In this document: positions 13,724-27,004 of the stretch, one piece after another
Layout of the letters: every line of letters begins with the position of its first letter
How positions within the stretch are numbered: position 1 is the stretch's first letter
Assembly (NCBI GenBank): GCA_951406725.2
Contig: OX597816.1
Span: 21,886,001 to 21,950,000, forward strand
Length of the DNA stretch: 64,000 nucleotides
Direction of reading: 5' to 3'
From: Octopus vulgaris
Taxonomy: Eukaryota
Program-made: the position numbers and the translations under genes
The notes under the pieces: generated by a model
The model's database searches: none
What the model saw: the letters and a program-made list of their open reading frames with translations, nothing else
What the model was told of the DNA's origin: nothing

Positions 13724-13899
13724 TGGCATCGCGTTTACCATTATCGCCACCACCACCACCACAACAACAACAACAATAACAACGACAACATTTATAGCTA
13801 AATTAACTTATATAATTGGTATCACCATCTTTTGATCCGAGTCACATCATCACTTCTCCAGCCTTTTCGAAACACTCATACGTTATCTCTAAACACTAC

Positions 13900-14175
13900 C
13901 ACTGTCATCATAAGCGCATCATCACTATCGCCATTATTGTCACCACCGCCACCACCACCACCGCCTCCACTACCATCATCGACTTCATCATAAGCAACAA
14001 CATCGTCGTCATCACCATAATAATCATCACCATCATCATCATCATCATCACCACCATGACCAGCATCATCATCGTCATTGCAACCACCACTAACGCTACC
14101 ATCATAAACAACAGCATCGTCATTATCATCATCATCATCATCATTGCAGCCACCACTACCACTACCATCATCGAC

Positions 14176-14215
<40 letters not shown>

Positions 14216-14515
14216 CCACCACCACCACCATCATCACCATCATCATTGCAAACACCACCACCACTACCATCATCGACTTCATCATAAACAACAACATCGT
14301 CATCATTATCATCATCATCACCATCATCACCATCATCATTGCAACCACCACCCACAACAACTACCATCATCGACTTCATCATAAGCAGCAACATAGTCAT
14401 CATCACCATAATCATCATCACCATCATCATCATTGCAACCATCCACCATCACCGCCACTAGGACCACTATCATCATCATCATCATCATCATAATCATCGT
14501 CATCATTATTTCCAT
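13900..14515. repeat. Degenerate (CAT/CAC)n array with a higher-order unit
   Basis: actaccatcatcgacttcatcat recurs four times. Confidence 0.9.
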
Positions 14516-15649
14516 CACTCTCACAAACTGTCCTTTCAGCTTTGGCTGTTTTTTTTCGCAATCAGCAACACCTCCGTTAAAAACAACGACTTCTCAGTCA
14601 CTCTTTCCATTATTATCATCATCGATGTTATTACAATCATCAGAACATCTTTTTTTTTTTTCGTATTTTGCACACTATCAAACATCACCATCAATAAATT
14701 CATTCTTGCTATGACTTATATCTCCCCCACCTCTACCTGAAATAACCTCCCTAACTTATCTCCTCATCCTATTGGAATGTTTATCTTCCTGGCACCAATT
14801 GTCTGTCCACCTCTCAATCCGTCGAACACAACACAGTTATATTAAGTTTTGCTTGTACTGTCTTTGGATACAAGACAATAGAATGCATCATATTAAACGC
14901 ATTATTTATTTAAAACACACATACACACACATACTATAAAAAAATGTTTTAGCGTGCTAGTAAAGAAAGAAGCAGAAGAAAGATGATTGTCATAGAAACT
15001 CGTCAAATCCTTTCGCAAACATCTTTCTGGTTGTGAAGACAGCAGAAAAAGGGCAACATTTTGAAACTTGCCCATACAATGGAAAACCTGGTAACCAGGT
15101 CATAAAATGTAAAAATGGATTCTCGAGACTTGCAGGTCTCATAACACTGGCCTTTTTCTTTATTTGGCGATGCATTGAGAAAATTTATGAGAACTGTAAA
15201 AAATGAAGTCATAAAAGAATTCACGAAATGTTCGTTTTTAACGTTATATTTCTTTTCAGAAATATGGAAGACCAACATTTTTCTTGCTGTGGGGGTTTTA
15301 ACTCTCTTAATATTATATAGTTGATTTTTTAAAAAAAATTAATCCCTCCATCGGCATTGTTAGAGAAATTTAGCTTCATTATAATGGCTTCATTATAAAG
15401 TTATTGTATCTTTGGTGTGTACGTATGTGGGTGTTGATGGGTGAAGCAGTCCAGGTAATGGAAATTTCTATGTTCGTAACTTTTCCGAATACATTAACCA
15501 CGAAATGGCCGGCTGTTGGGAATAAAAACTGTTAAAGACTTGGTTTGCTGAATAAAATATACATCTTGCGTAAAATCCCTTTCTACTTCGAATAGATATG
15601 GTAAGTTAATTTGTTCGTTTGTATGTGCCTCTTCCGTTGTTTTAACAAA

Positions 15650-16567
15650 TGGTGTGCGAGTGTGTATGTGGGTGGTTGTGTGCGTGTGGTTATGCGTGTG
15701 TGGTTCTGTGTGTGTGGTTATGTGTGTGTCTGTTTCTGTGTGCGGTTTTATGTGCGTGTATGTGGTTATGTGTGTGTAAGTGTGGTTCTGTGTTTGTGAG
15801 GGTGGTTGTGTGTGTTTTTGTGTGGGTGTGTGTGTGTAGTTATGTGTATGTGTGATTATGTGTGTGTGGATCTCTGTGTGGAGGGGTGTTGGGTGTGTAT
15901 GTGTGTAGTTATGTGTGTGGTTATGTGTGCGGCTGTTTCTGTGTGCGGTTTTGTGTGTGCATGGGGTTCTCTGAGTGTGTTGTTATATGGGTGTATGTGG
16001 TGTTCTGTGTGTGTGAGTGGGGTTGTGAGTGTATTTGTGTGGTTATGTGTGTGTGTGTGGTCCTGTGTATGTGTGTGGTTCAGTGTGTGTGTGTATTTGT
16101 GTGGTTATGTGCATGTGCGGTTATGTGTGTGTGTGTGATTATGTGTGTCCGTTTCTTTGGGTGATTGTGTGTGTGTGTTTGGGTTTGTGTGTGGTTCTGT
16201 ATTTGTTTTTTTATGCGTGAGTGTGGTTTTGTGTATGTGTGATTATGTGTGTGTGTGTGTGTGTGTGGTTATGTGTGTGGCTGTTTCCGTGTGCGGTTTT
16301 GTGTGTGTGTGCATGGGGTTCTCTGAGTGTGTTGTTATATGTGTGTATGTGTGGTTCTCTGTGTGTGAGTGGGGTTGTGTGTGTATTTGTGTGGTATGTG
16401 TGTGTGTGTGGTCCTGTGTATGTGTGTGGTTCAGTGTGTGTGTGTATTTGTGTGGTTATGTGCATGTGCGGTTCTCTCTGTGTGTGTGTGTGTGTGTGAT
16501 TATGTGCGTCCGTTTCTTTGGGGGATTGTGTGTGTGTGTGTGCGTGAGTGTGGTTGCTTGTGCGTGA
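15650..16567. repeat. GT-rich cryptic satellite with a ~350-bp tandem duplication
   Basis: ggctgtttc.gtgtgcggttttg..gcatggggttctctgag..ccgtttctttggg at ~15931 and ~16279. Confidence 0.9.
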
Positions 16568-17044
16568 GTGTACTATGCAATTTTCCTTTTCACACAGAAA
16601 ACCACAGACATAAGGGAAAATAACTAAATTCATTCCGGGACACATAAGAATGGAAATACAAATTACAAAAACAAACACAATAGGGAACCACATTATATTG
16701 CTTTGCTTCCAGTATAAGAAATAGAAGTATGTGTGTGGGGGAGAGAAATCACCAATGAAATTTGTAATGTATTATATGGTTTGTTTCGCAATTGTTGAAG
16801 AATTATTTGGAAAGACATTAAACAAAATATGCTGACTAGCTGGTTATTCCTTTCTTGGTAGTCTATGGGAAAAGATTAATCATGTCTCTAAAATCCGAAG
16901 CTCAGACATCATACATTCACGCATTCAGATAATATAAAATAATATAAAATATATGTATGTATGAAAATTGAAAATATGCACAAGTATAATTGCGTACTTT
17001 CTCATACGTCTACGCCTGTGCGTCTACAGAAATCCTGTAGCCAC

Positions 17045-17090
17045 GTATACATACACATATATATAATATATATATGCATATATATATATG

Positions 17091-17128
<38 letters not shown>

Positions 17129-17172
17129 CTCATATATATATATGTATATATATGTATATACATATATATATG

Positions 17173-17249
<77 letters not shown>

Positions 17250-17320
17250 GTGTGTGTATGTATGTATATCTTCACACGCACATATACGTACCTACATGCA
17301 TACATGCATATATAATTCAT
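17045..17320. repeat. (TA)n-rich microsatellite
   Basis: Visible runs. Confidence 0.95.
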
Positions 17321-18319
17321 TGCCGTCTCAGTTATGTCAAAAACAAAATTGCTGACTACCTCATTTCATAGTACCACATCTATATATATATATATATATA
17401 TTTCTTGATTCTGTCCATAAGTTTGTGGACAATAATTTTTTTTAATATCATAATTTACATTTCTCATTGATTGGCAACCATTTTTCTATCTCTTTTATAT
17501 TCGTAAGCCAATATTTGAAGCTATAGAAATCACTCTCTTACACCTCAATATATTTTTCTTTTTGGTTTTTCGTTTCCCATCCTACTTCTTCTTAGAAAAG
17601 ACGTTTTCTCTATTTTTTTGTTTTGTTTTTTAATCATCTTATCTGTATCATGCAATCTCTCTATACAAAATATATTCTAAAGAAAATCTTTTAGTTTTGC
17701 TGTTCAAAAATGAACAACTGACTGTATATCTGCATAATTTTTACCTAGATTTTCCAAAGTACTTGAGAAAGTTTCATAACTGATAAACATTTTATGTCAT
17801 TTCGTCAAAGTGGCTTTTATTGAACAGGCAATCTATATATTTTATAGTAACTCAAAGGGTGTTCTTCTACATCATTGACACTCTAATATACAGGTCTATC
17901 ACAATTGTTTAGAGATTTCATCATTCATATTACATTTTCTTTTATATTCAGTTTATTCAGAGTAAAACCACCATTATATGAAACCAACAAATATCACTTG
18001 AAGAATTTCATATTTATATTTCTTATATATGATACTGCTAGAGTAGTTTCTGATTTTTCGGATTATTAACCCATCTGTCATATTCTATTTTATGCTGAAT
18101 TCTTCCTTCAGCCTTTTTTTTTTCTAATACATAACTTGTGTCGTAGGTGTAGTTATGTCTGTTGAAATTTTGCATTAGCTTGGAAGATTTTACGTTCAGA
18201 ATCATTCTGGGAATAGGTATTTATGCAGATGACCAAATTCGAAAAGTAGTGTACTAAATAGAAACATGAAAAATGGGTTTAATTAACCATAAATTTCAAA
18301 CAAATCCCTTAACAAATTT

Positions 18320-20100
18320 TGTTATTCATAACGTGTTTTCTTTTTATGTATGAACTGTTCACGTTGTAATAAGGTTGAAAAATAAAGCTTCGTTCCTGCT
18401 TACAGCTTGCGGAACTGCATAAAAATATTTTTATCGTAATGTTTTATGGTATTTTGTAGCGCCATTCTTCCTTTACGCCTGTTCTTTATTGCGTTCGAAA
18501 ATTGAATAAATATTTCCTCTTTTCAAACACATGATGATGGAGTGCTAAATAAGAAAAAAAGAGCAGTTTCTACACCTGCTTCTCCTCGCTTTCGATCAAA
18601 GTTCTAAAGCTTCTAAAGCCGATAGAAACATTTGCGCTGTTGAGAGAGAAGTTACTGAAAGGAAACTGCATACAAATTCAGTGTTCGGGCTAAATGTGAT
18701 AGTCTGGATAAAGGGAGAAGTCACGAAATCCCGTGCAAAAATATAATAATTTTGGAACATGAAAAACTATCAAATAGATTATGGCTGGGAGATAACAGCA
18801 TACTTAATGCGCCACGATCTCACCTTCCACCAAGGTGCAAAGATAGTTTGGAACATGACACATGTATTCTTCACTGTGGCCTCGGGAAGACCTTTGAACA
18901 TCTTGATCTTAGCAACTGGCTTGGTCTTCACGGTACATGCAGGGCTGCATGTATGTTTCAAAAATGCACCACACATGTAGTGAACCATAGGATTAAAATA
19001 GGGAAATTAGGAGGCCAGTAATTAGGATTGCTAATTTTGTAGAAATCCTTTGACCACTATTTCCGGCGCTTCTGGAAGTATAACAAGGCGTAAAATCCTA
19101 CTACCACATGTATGTCTTTTTAGCAGCAATCCTTTCCAGCTACGGTTTGACAAGTCTCTAGCATTTTCCCATCACCACCTGAATTGAGACTAAGGTCATG
19201 TTCAAAAGTGTAAGAATGCATTTAAGCATGCAGACAAAATCACAACGCCTGTTTTGTCCCGTCATGATGCCCTCGGTTTCGTTGTCTCTCTCTCCACTGT
19301 GTATGTGACGTCCAAGATCATTTACAATGCTCACAGTGCATTGAACACTTGCAGCCAATTACCGTGATATGGGTAACTCTGTTCCAATATTCCGATGGCT
19401 TCGATTCCTCCATGTCAGCTAACGTCGTTTGACCTACAGCTCTAATCTTTATGCTCTTCAACATCTTTGACTGTTCACCAATGCATCAAGCTGTTCTTGA
19501 AAAAAGAAGACAATATATTGTCAAATTTAGCGCGAACACACAACTGTCTTCACCCTTGGAAGAGGAGAACTTCGATCTCATGCTCTGTTCGTATTTCAGA
19601 CGATTTGTTTAGTTCAATGCGGATCCGTTGAAGGAAGACTGGCACCAATCCACATGGGAGTTAGCTCAGCAGATGTGTTGCTATCCCGATACTATCCACT
19701 GACATCATAGCTCGGTGAGTAATCCAGCTGAAACAATTCGACCGGTGACTGAGTGCGCTTCTCCCTTGCGACAACACTCGACCCGGCATCACTTATTTCA
19801 CCGATATGCTATTCAAGAGGTTAGTTTGGAGATTCTAGCACGTCTACTGTATTCTTCTAATATATCCTCTTCAGATTATAGCATTTTTGATCGTTCTCCA
19901 TCAGTCTCCATGGTGCCTCGATCAAAGACGACGGAAACGTAGATCGGTGAATTTTTCGAATCAAGACAGTGATGTTTACCGTCAAGGCATTGTCAAGCTG
20001 GTGGAACGTTGGCAGAAAGTCGTGAACAAGAAGGTGAACATATCATTGACTGATTTTTTAAATTTGCAAATGAAAGTAAGTGAAAAAATAAAACTTCCTT
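18320..20100 (+). mobile_element. Degenerate mariner element, split by a nested Tc1-like insertion
   Basis: N-terminus MEC*IRKKEQFLHLLLLAFDQSSKASKADRNICAV (18537-18670). Resumes at ~19545 with ENFDL, QSTWELAQQM, CDNTRP, YSSNISSSDY and YRQGIVKLVERWQKVVN. Confidence 0.85.
18679..19540 (-). mobile_element. Tc1/mariner-superfamily element remnant with TIRs, nested in the mariner
   Basis: TIRs gtgttcgggctaaatgtgata (18681) and tgtcaaatttagcgcgaacac (19519-19539). Minus peptides YWPPNFP, NPMVHYMCGA and AKIKMFKGLPEATVKNTC match the WPPNSPD.NP.DY.VWG motif region. Confidence 0.8.
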
Positions 20101-20114
20101 TAACTGACAATTCG

Positions 20115-20270
20115 AGGTGTGGATGCACGCTAAGCTTAATTCCTAACTACATGCTTCCAGATTGAGTCCAACTGCGTGGCAACATTGGCAAGTGTCTTCT
20201 ACTATAACCTCATATTAACTACAGTCTTGTGAGTGCATTTGGTAGACAGAAACTAAAATTAGCCATTTAT
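20115..20270 (+). mobile_element. SINE family C, degenerate 5' half
   Basis: actgcgtggcaacattggcaagtgtcttctactata..cttgtgagtgcatttggtagac. Confidence 0.75.
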
Positions 20271-20339
20271 ATATTCATATATATATATATATATATATAT
20301 ATACACGCACACACACATATATATATATAATTACATATA

Positions 20340-20646
20340 TACTGGCGGACTGGGCCTAAAAATATTGGTAGTCAGAAGACTAAGGGGGCACACCCGCAAC
20401 TGCAATGCTATCACGTATTTTATTTAATTATATTTTAGGTTTTTGTTAAAAGTATTCTTTTCAAGTATCTACACATGCTGCCAGGATGAATTAAGTAATT
20501 CATTCTTCCTGGAGTTAATAAAAAAATTCTCAAACTTGAGGGGAAAGGCCCCTTAGATACTAACATGGGCTCCCATACATGGATTCTATTGGCGCAGGGG
20601 ACCACTTGACATCGGGCAAGCTGGCAACCTGGCCAGTGCTCCACTG
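20340..20646. mobile_element. Probable hAT-type MITE in a microsatellite
   Basis: Imperfect TIRs tactggcggactgg / ccagtgctccactg with a GC-richer interior. Confidence 0.5.
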
Positions 20647-21066
20647 TAAACACACACATATACATACATAGACATACTTAAATACGTGCACACACGGACA
20701 TATATATGTTGTTCATTATGAATGAGAAACAAAAAAAAAATATGAATAAGAAATATTAATAGTGTCTACTTATATCAAGTTGTGTTATATCTTCGCGGTT
20801 ATCAGGAATTTAATTATTTTGGGTGTTATGTGGTATGTCGCGGAAAAAATAGTGAAATACACGCGGGTCGATACAAGCGAGGTAAATATGGCAATTCACA
20901 ACTCACATGCTATTGCAAACAGCAAACAATCTAAAAGGAAGCTTTGTAGATTAAACTTTGTAGATTAATCCATCCAAGCTACTGTTTATAGTACACTATT
21001 TAGGCTTACCTTATGATGAAAGGAATTTACAGTACACGTAGAGCTTATGTAATATTTAATCTGTTT

Positions 21067-21795
21067 AAGGCGACGAGCTGGCAGAAACGTTAGCATACCA
21101 GACGAAATGCTTTGCGGTATTTTGTCTGCCGTTACGTTCTGAGTTCAAATTCCGCCGAGGTCGACTTTACCTTCATCCTTTCGTGGTCGATAAATTAACT
21201 ACCAGTTACGAACTGGGGTAAATGTAATCAACTTAATCCGTTTGTCTGTCCTTGTTTGTCCACTCTGTGTTTAGCCCCCTTGTGGGTAGTAAAGAAATAG
21301 GTATTTTATCTACCACTACGTTCTGAGTTCAAATTCCACCGAGGTCAACTTTGCCTTCCATCCTTTCCGGCTCGATTAAATAAGCAGCCGTTACGCACTG
21401 GGGTCGATATAATCGACTTAATCCGTTTATAAGTCGTTGTTTGTACTCTCTATGTGTAGCCCCTTGCGAGCAGTAAAGAAATAAGAAACGTTAGCACGCC
21501 GGGCGAAATGCTTAGCGGTATTTCATCTGCCGTTACGTTCTGAGTTCAAATTCCGCAGAAGTCGACTTTGCCTTTCATCCTTTCGGGATCGATAAATTAA
21601 TCACCAAGTTGCGTACTTGGGTCGATGTAATCTAATTGACTGGCCCCCTTCCCCCAAATTTCGGGCCTTGTACCTTGAGTAGAAAATAATATTCAATCTG
21701 TTTAAGGTGGCGAGCTAGCAGAAACGTTAGCACGCCTTGGCGAAATGCTTAGCGGTATTTCGTCTGTCTTTACGTTTGTACCTAGAATAAAAAAG
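21067..21795 (+). mobile_element. SINE family A multimer plus a second internally deleted copy
   Basis: Three cores in tandem; the 16-bp flank aatatt(t/c)aatctgttt occurs at 21051, 21688 and 21796. Confidence 0.9.
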
Positions 21796-22975
21796 AATAT
21801 TTAATCTGTTTCAAAAGAAATATACTTGAAACTTACGGTTTTATAAAATGCACGAAAACAAATCGGAAATAATATTCCACTCCTAGGCAAGAGCCCTTCT
21901 TTCACTTCCTTGACATCATCACGGTTTGTGATGCTTGTTTTCGTAATTGAGCAGGTGTCACATAGGCAGCTATCTTTTTATTTTTGCCTTTCACTGCATA
22001 TGCTTTATTTTCTCGTATATTTTCAGAAATTTTATGTATCTTGAATTCACTACTCCTAAACGAATTTCTGTGTTATCTTTTCTCTCCAGTTTTAAAACTG
22101 TTCCCGCTTCAACTCATTATATCTCGACATTGTACAATTAACAAATTTTACGTAGGCTTTCTATATTACTTCCTTCCAAAGACAACTTCTACCCTGATGG
22201 AAACTGTTAGCATTCAAGTTGTTTTATCAGCGTGTCGTTAGAAATTCACGTTATTATATAGCTACATTTTTATTGAAGCTGCGTAGAATCAGAGTGTGAT
22301 AAGCGAAAGTACGAATTAATCAGTGGAAAGTAGATAGCTGATATATGTATAGTATTATTTAGTTTATATTTATAAAAGTTTATGCTTTTCTTTCTCAATT
22401 TAACATAGTTCAATGAAGGTTCCTCAATGTATTTATGCTTATCACTAAAGCCACTTCTGCCTAAGTTATTTCTATGATTGCAAAGTTTTATTAACTATCA
22501 CCAATATATCTATGTACGACGATAGATAGACATCCGAGAAAGTTCATATCTACTGTAAATTTTATAAATATTCTACAAGAATATCTATAGAAAATTGATG
22601 GGCAGGACTCGACAATACCAAATTGATTTAAGCTATATTTGAATCTTTATCTCCGATATTCTTGAATGACATTGAGGTACACCTGATTTAACGTTGCTTT
22701 AAATTCGTTGTGCACTTTACTTTCTGTACGCATATTCAATTTAAAATTACTACTTTGTTCAAATTTTATTAGAGTAAGGAGTCTACGTGTTTGACTGGCT
22801 GTAAAATTGAAAGCTATGTAATATTTACTTGGTTTGAGGAGTTCTATTCGGTAAATTACAGTAAATTGCTTTACTCAGGTGGTAACCTTGTAGTTTATGG
22901 GAATGTAACATTTGGAATATTGCAAAGTTCTGCTATAAATGACTATAGAGAGTGTAAATAAACTTAAACCTATTA

Positions 22976-23390
22976 AGGCGGCGAACTGGCAGAATCGTTA
23001 GCACGCCGGCCGGAATGTTTAGCGGTATTTCGACTGCCGTTACGTTCTGAGTTCAAATTCCGCCGAGGTCAACTTTGCATTTCATCCTTTCGGGGTTGAT
23101 AAATTAAGTACCAGTTACGCACTGGGGTCGATATGATCGACTTAATACGTTTGTCTGTGCTTGTTTGTCCTCTCTGTGTTTAGCCCCTTGTGGGTAGTAA
23201 AGAAATAGGCATTTCGTCTGCCGTTACATTCTGAGTTCAAATTCAGCCGAGGTCGGCTTTGCCTTCCATCCCTTCGGGGTCGATTAAATAAGTAACAGTT
23301 AGGCACTGGGGTCGATGTAATCGACTTAATCGCTTTGTCTGTCTTTGTCTGTCCCCTCTATGTTTAGCCTCCTGTGGGCAATAAAGAAAG
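22976..23390 (+). mobile_element. SINE family A dimer
   Basis: TSD aaataaactta(a/g)acctatta at 22956 and 23391. Confidence 0.92.
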
Positions 23391-23540
23391 AAATAAACTT
23401 AGACCTATTATATATGAATACATGCGTATGGGGATAAGCTGTTGTAGCTGCTAGGTTGTGCATGGCACTTAAGGTTGTTTCATATCTTGACGTGTATATC
23501 AGTGTCACGATTGGCCACGGATGGAAAGCTCTATATCATA

Positions 23541-23979
23541 CTAGCAGCATAGCCCGGCGTTGCCTGGGTATGTAAGAGCCCCTAGTAGGCAACTCTAATC
23601 CCAATCTAGTCCTTTCCCTCTAGGGAACGAAGGCGCATGTGTAGGTTGCAATGCCTTCTCTTCACTCGAATACTTCTGTGTATACGGTGTTCCTAGCTGT
23701 CCCTTTGGGCGATAAAAAGGTCGAGTTTTGTCCCCTAGACAGAAAATGTGTTGCATATAAAAAGCTTAGATTCTCGACCCTATGTCGAATTTATCGATTA
23801 TTTTCGGACCTGTGGGAACTTTTCAAATGTTTCGCCGCGTTAGTTTTGAATTATGACATTGGGCTATGTGTGTGTCAAGTTTCATCAGAATCGGTTGAAA
23901 GCCATGGTCAGGGTGAGGGTACAACCTGACAGACACACAGACACACAGACAGACAAACTGCCGTTTATATAGAGAGAGA
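23541..23979 (-). mobile_element. Non-autonomous Helitron
   Basis: Minus strand: A|TC 5' end, 3' hairpin cccaggcaacgccggg, terminal CTAG|T, no TSD, (CTGT)n near the 5' end. Confidence 0.85.
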
Positions 23980-25343
23980 TAACACAGATGCTTATATTTA
24001 TTTCTTTACCGCCTAATACTGGACCATTTCTTCAATGCCTAGCTCCCCAGCAACAAATAAATATGTACTGGGATTACATTGAAAAAAGGGGATTAAGATA
24101 CACAATTAGCAATTAAACAAACAGCAGTTAAAATTATCCCAATGTAATTCTTCAAGTATTGAGTAATTTATCGTATATCTAACGGTATGATCCTCAGCAT
24201 TAAATACACACGAATACATGTGTGTGAGGAGTGGGGGTTAGGGGAGTATGCATGTTCTGATTTTAATTATTTGAAGAAGTCTTCTCTGTGAAGGAGACAT
24301 CAAGTAATTCTAACAAAAATCTAAAGCTCCACATTTGGCATTTTTATAATAAAAATCAGTGCCACACTTTTAACACGAGCAAAGTCCTGCATATTTTTTA
24401 TTGTTCCGCTTATGTATGTACGTGCATTCGTACGTATATATGGATGAATGTATAGATAGATGGGTATATGTTTGTACGTATAATTTACGTTCAGACATTT
24501 ACAGTAAGTGTTTTCAAACAACCTCGAGTATGAAAATAAACCTGTCTCCAAACCTGGTGATATTTCTACGGCGTTCCTAGGTTTTTTTGGTTGGTCTTAT
24601 GTTCACGTAGGTTTTATATATTTTTATGGAATCCCTGCGTACAAGGTTTATAGATTTAGTCAGAGATTACTATGTTTTAGCAGTGCATAGTTTGCATTAC
24701 CATGTGACATTCAAACGGAGTCAGTTTTGTTTTTTTTTCATTACCCATCTGATGTTGGAATTCTCCATGCGTTCTTATGTCGGTTCCATGACATTACTTC
24801 ATCAGATTTATGGTTTGCGTAGTGGCTCTTGAAGCTGCCTTCACACGTGCGTAAGTATGATATAATATTATAGAACTAGTTTTTGTATATCGGTTGCTGG
24901 TTTATGGTTCCGGTATTGTCAGTCATGAGGCCGTAAAACTTTAATTCCACATTTATGGTTGTCTCAACTACAGCAGTATATACAGTGGCTTATGCTGCTT
25001 TTCTCTATCACTTTGCTAAAACTTGTGGTACACAGGAATGATTTATGCATTGTACTCTGAATATTTTTATTATTTATCTTCCTGCATAGTAGGAAATATT
25101 TGTGTATTAGCGTTAAGAAGTATTTAGGTATGCATGGTGTTAACGTGATACGAAATTCCTTTTGAACAAGGCTTTGAACTCACTCGCCGTATTACTCACT
25201 GTTGCGAAGAATAAAAATAATCGATTCCTCAACATCCTATGTTATAAATATTTTTTTAAATATGGATTCAGTCACTATATTATTGTATTTAAGAAATAGG
25301 GTTTCGTAATTTTTTTTCTTTTTTTTTTTTTTGAATTTTAAGA

Positions 25344-25432
25344 ATATACGGCCATATCACGTTGGAAGCAACTTCGAGGCTAGTTAGTACTTAGATGGGT
25401 GACTGTTTGGGAAACCTATGTGCTGTAAGCGT
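25344..25432 (+). pseudogene. 5S rRNA pseudogene with an internal deletion
   Basis: tacggccatatcacgttg [~30 nt missing] aagcaacttcgaggctagttagtacttagatgggtgactgtttgggaaacctatgtgctgtaagc matches both ends and the C box of metazoan 5S. Confidence 0.85.
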
Positions 25433-25445
25433 CACACATTTTTTA

Positions 25446-25890
25446 GGCGCAGGAGTGGCTCTGTGGTAAGTATTTTGCTTACCAGCCACATGGTTCTGGG
25501 TTCAGTCTCACTGCGTGGCAAATTGAGCAAGTGTCTTCTACTATAGCCTCGAGCCGACCAAAGCCTTGTGAGTGGATTTGGTACATGGAAACTGAAAGAA
25601 GCCCGTCGTATGTATATATATATGTGTGTGTATCTGCGTGTCTGTGTGGTTGTGTGTGTGTGTGTGCTTGTGTGTGTGTGTGTGTGTCTGTGTTTCCCCC
25701 CTCCCAACATTTCTCAACAACCGATGCTGGTGTGTTAACGTCCCCGTAACCTAGCGTTTCGGCAAAAGAGACCGATAGAATAAGTACTAGGCTTACAAAG
25801 AATAAATCCTTGGGTTGATTTGCTCGACTAAAGGCGATGCTCCAGCATGGCCGCAGACAAATGACTGAAACAATTAAAAGAAAATAAAAG
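25446..25890 (+). mobile_element. SINE family C (tRNA head, CORE-like segment, internal (TA)/(GT) microsatellite)
   Basis: ggcgcaggagtggct..ggttcagtc..gcaagtgtcttctactatagcc..ctccagcatggccgcag..gactgaaacaa. Confidence 0.9.
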
Positions 25891-26854
25891 AAAAAATAAT
25901 CAACAAACCTAATGTATACAATATTTGAAACGAAAAATATATATGTTAATATCTGGGGATGTTAATTCTGTCCTGCAAAACAGTCCTTTTAAGATTAGAT
26001 TTTACATTTCCCTTTCAAAGTTTGTGTATTTCACCAGCATAGTTAATAATATCGTAAAGTTAACTGACGTATACTTTCACACATTGCATGTCAATAGTTC
26101 TTATGTTCATACATACAAGCTCTGAAGAGCGAAACATCGATCCTTTAGTTTGATGACCTAACTTCAAGACGTAGCCGTAGAATTTCATCTAAATCACCAA
26201 GTAAAGTTTTAAACGAAAGAATACGTTACATGACGTGTTTCAGATAAATATGAACAAACAAGACGGGATAGTCAAACTTGGAGTATATTTAAACCATGGT
26301 TTGCTCTATCAAGTTTAAATTGCGGCTGCAGGAAAACAAGAACACAAATAAAGACCTCGATGACATTTTCAACGACACTTATTACAACTGTGTGCTTAAA
26401 ACACATAAATAACTTTGCAGAAAATGACAGCAATATAATCTGTAAATGATATCGCTGTCTATTATCACACAACATTGCTTAACTTTCAACATTTTGCTGA
26501 CCTTGTATTTGTTTATTGCCGCGCTTCGGTTTTAAAAAACGAAATATCGATCGATTTCTCAGCTCGTAAATAATCGTGTCATATTTTGGAAAACGCCAGC
26601 AAGTGAAGGACAGGGGTTAGTCAATTACGTCGACGCCAGTGTTAAACTGGTGCTTATTTTATCGACCGTGAAATGATCAAAGGCCAAATTCGGTGAAATT
26701 TGAACAAAGAACGTAAAGACGGACGGAATGCTGCTTGGTGTTTTACACGGCATGCAAATGATTCTGCCAGTTCGGCACATTTCAGATCATAAATATACAA
26801 GACAACAATAATGAAGATGGCAACAACAGCAATAACTAGAATGAAAGCAACGTC

Positions 26855-27004
<150 letters not shown>

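Noticed and set aside
13816-14493. 225-aa Ile/Thr-rich ORF and its Asp/Gly-rich antisense ORFs
   Set aside because: A (CAT/CAC)n array open in several frames on both strands.
26122-26135. CTGAAGA-gc-GAAAC hammerhead-like core
   Set aside because: No stem II and no convincing stem I.
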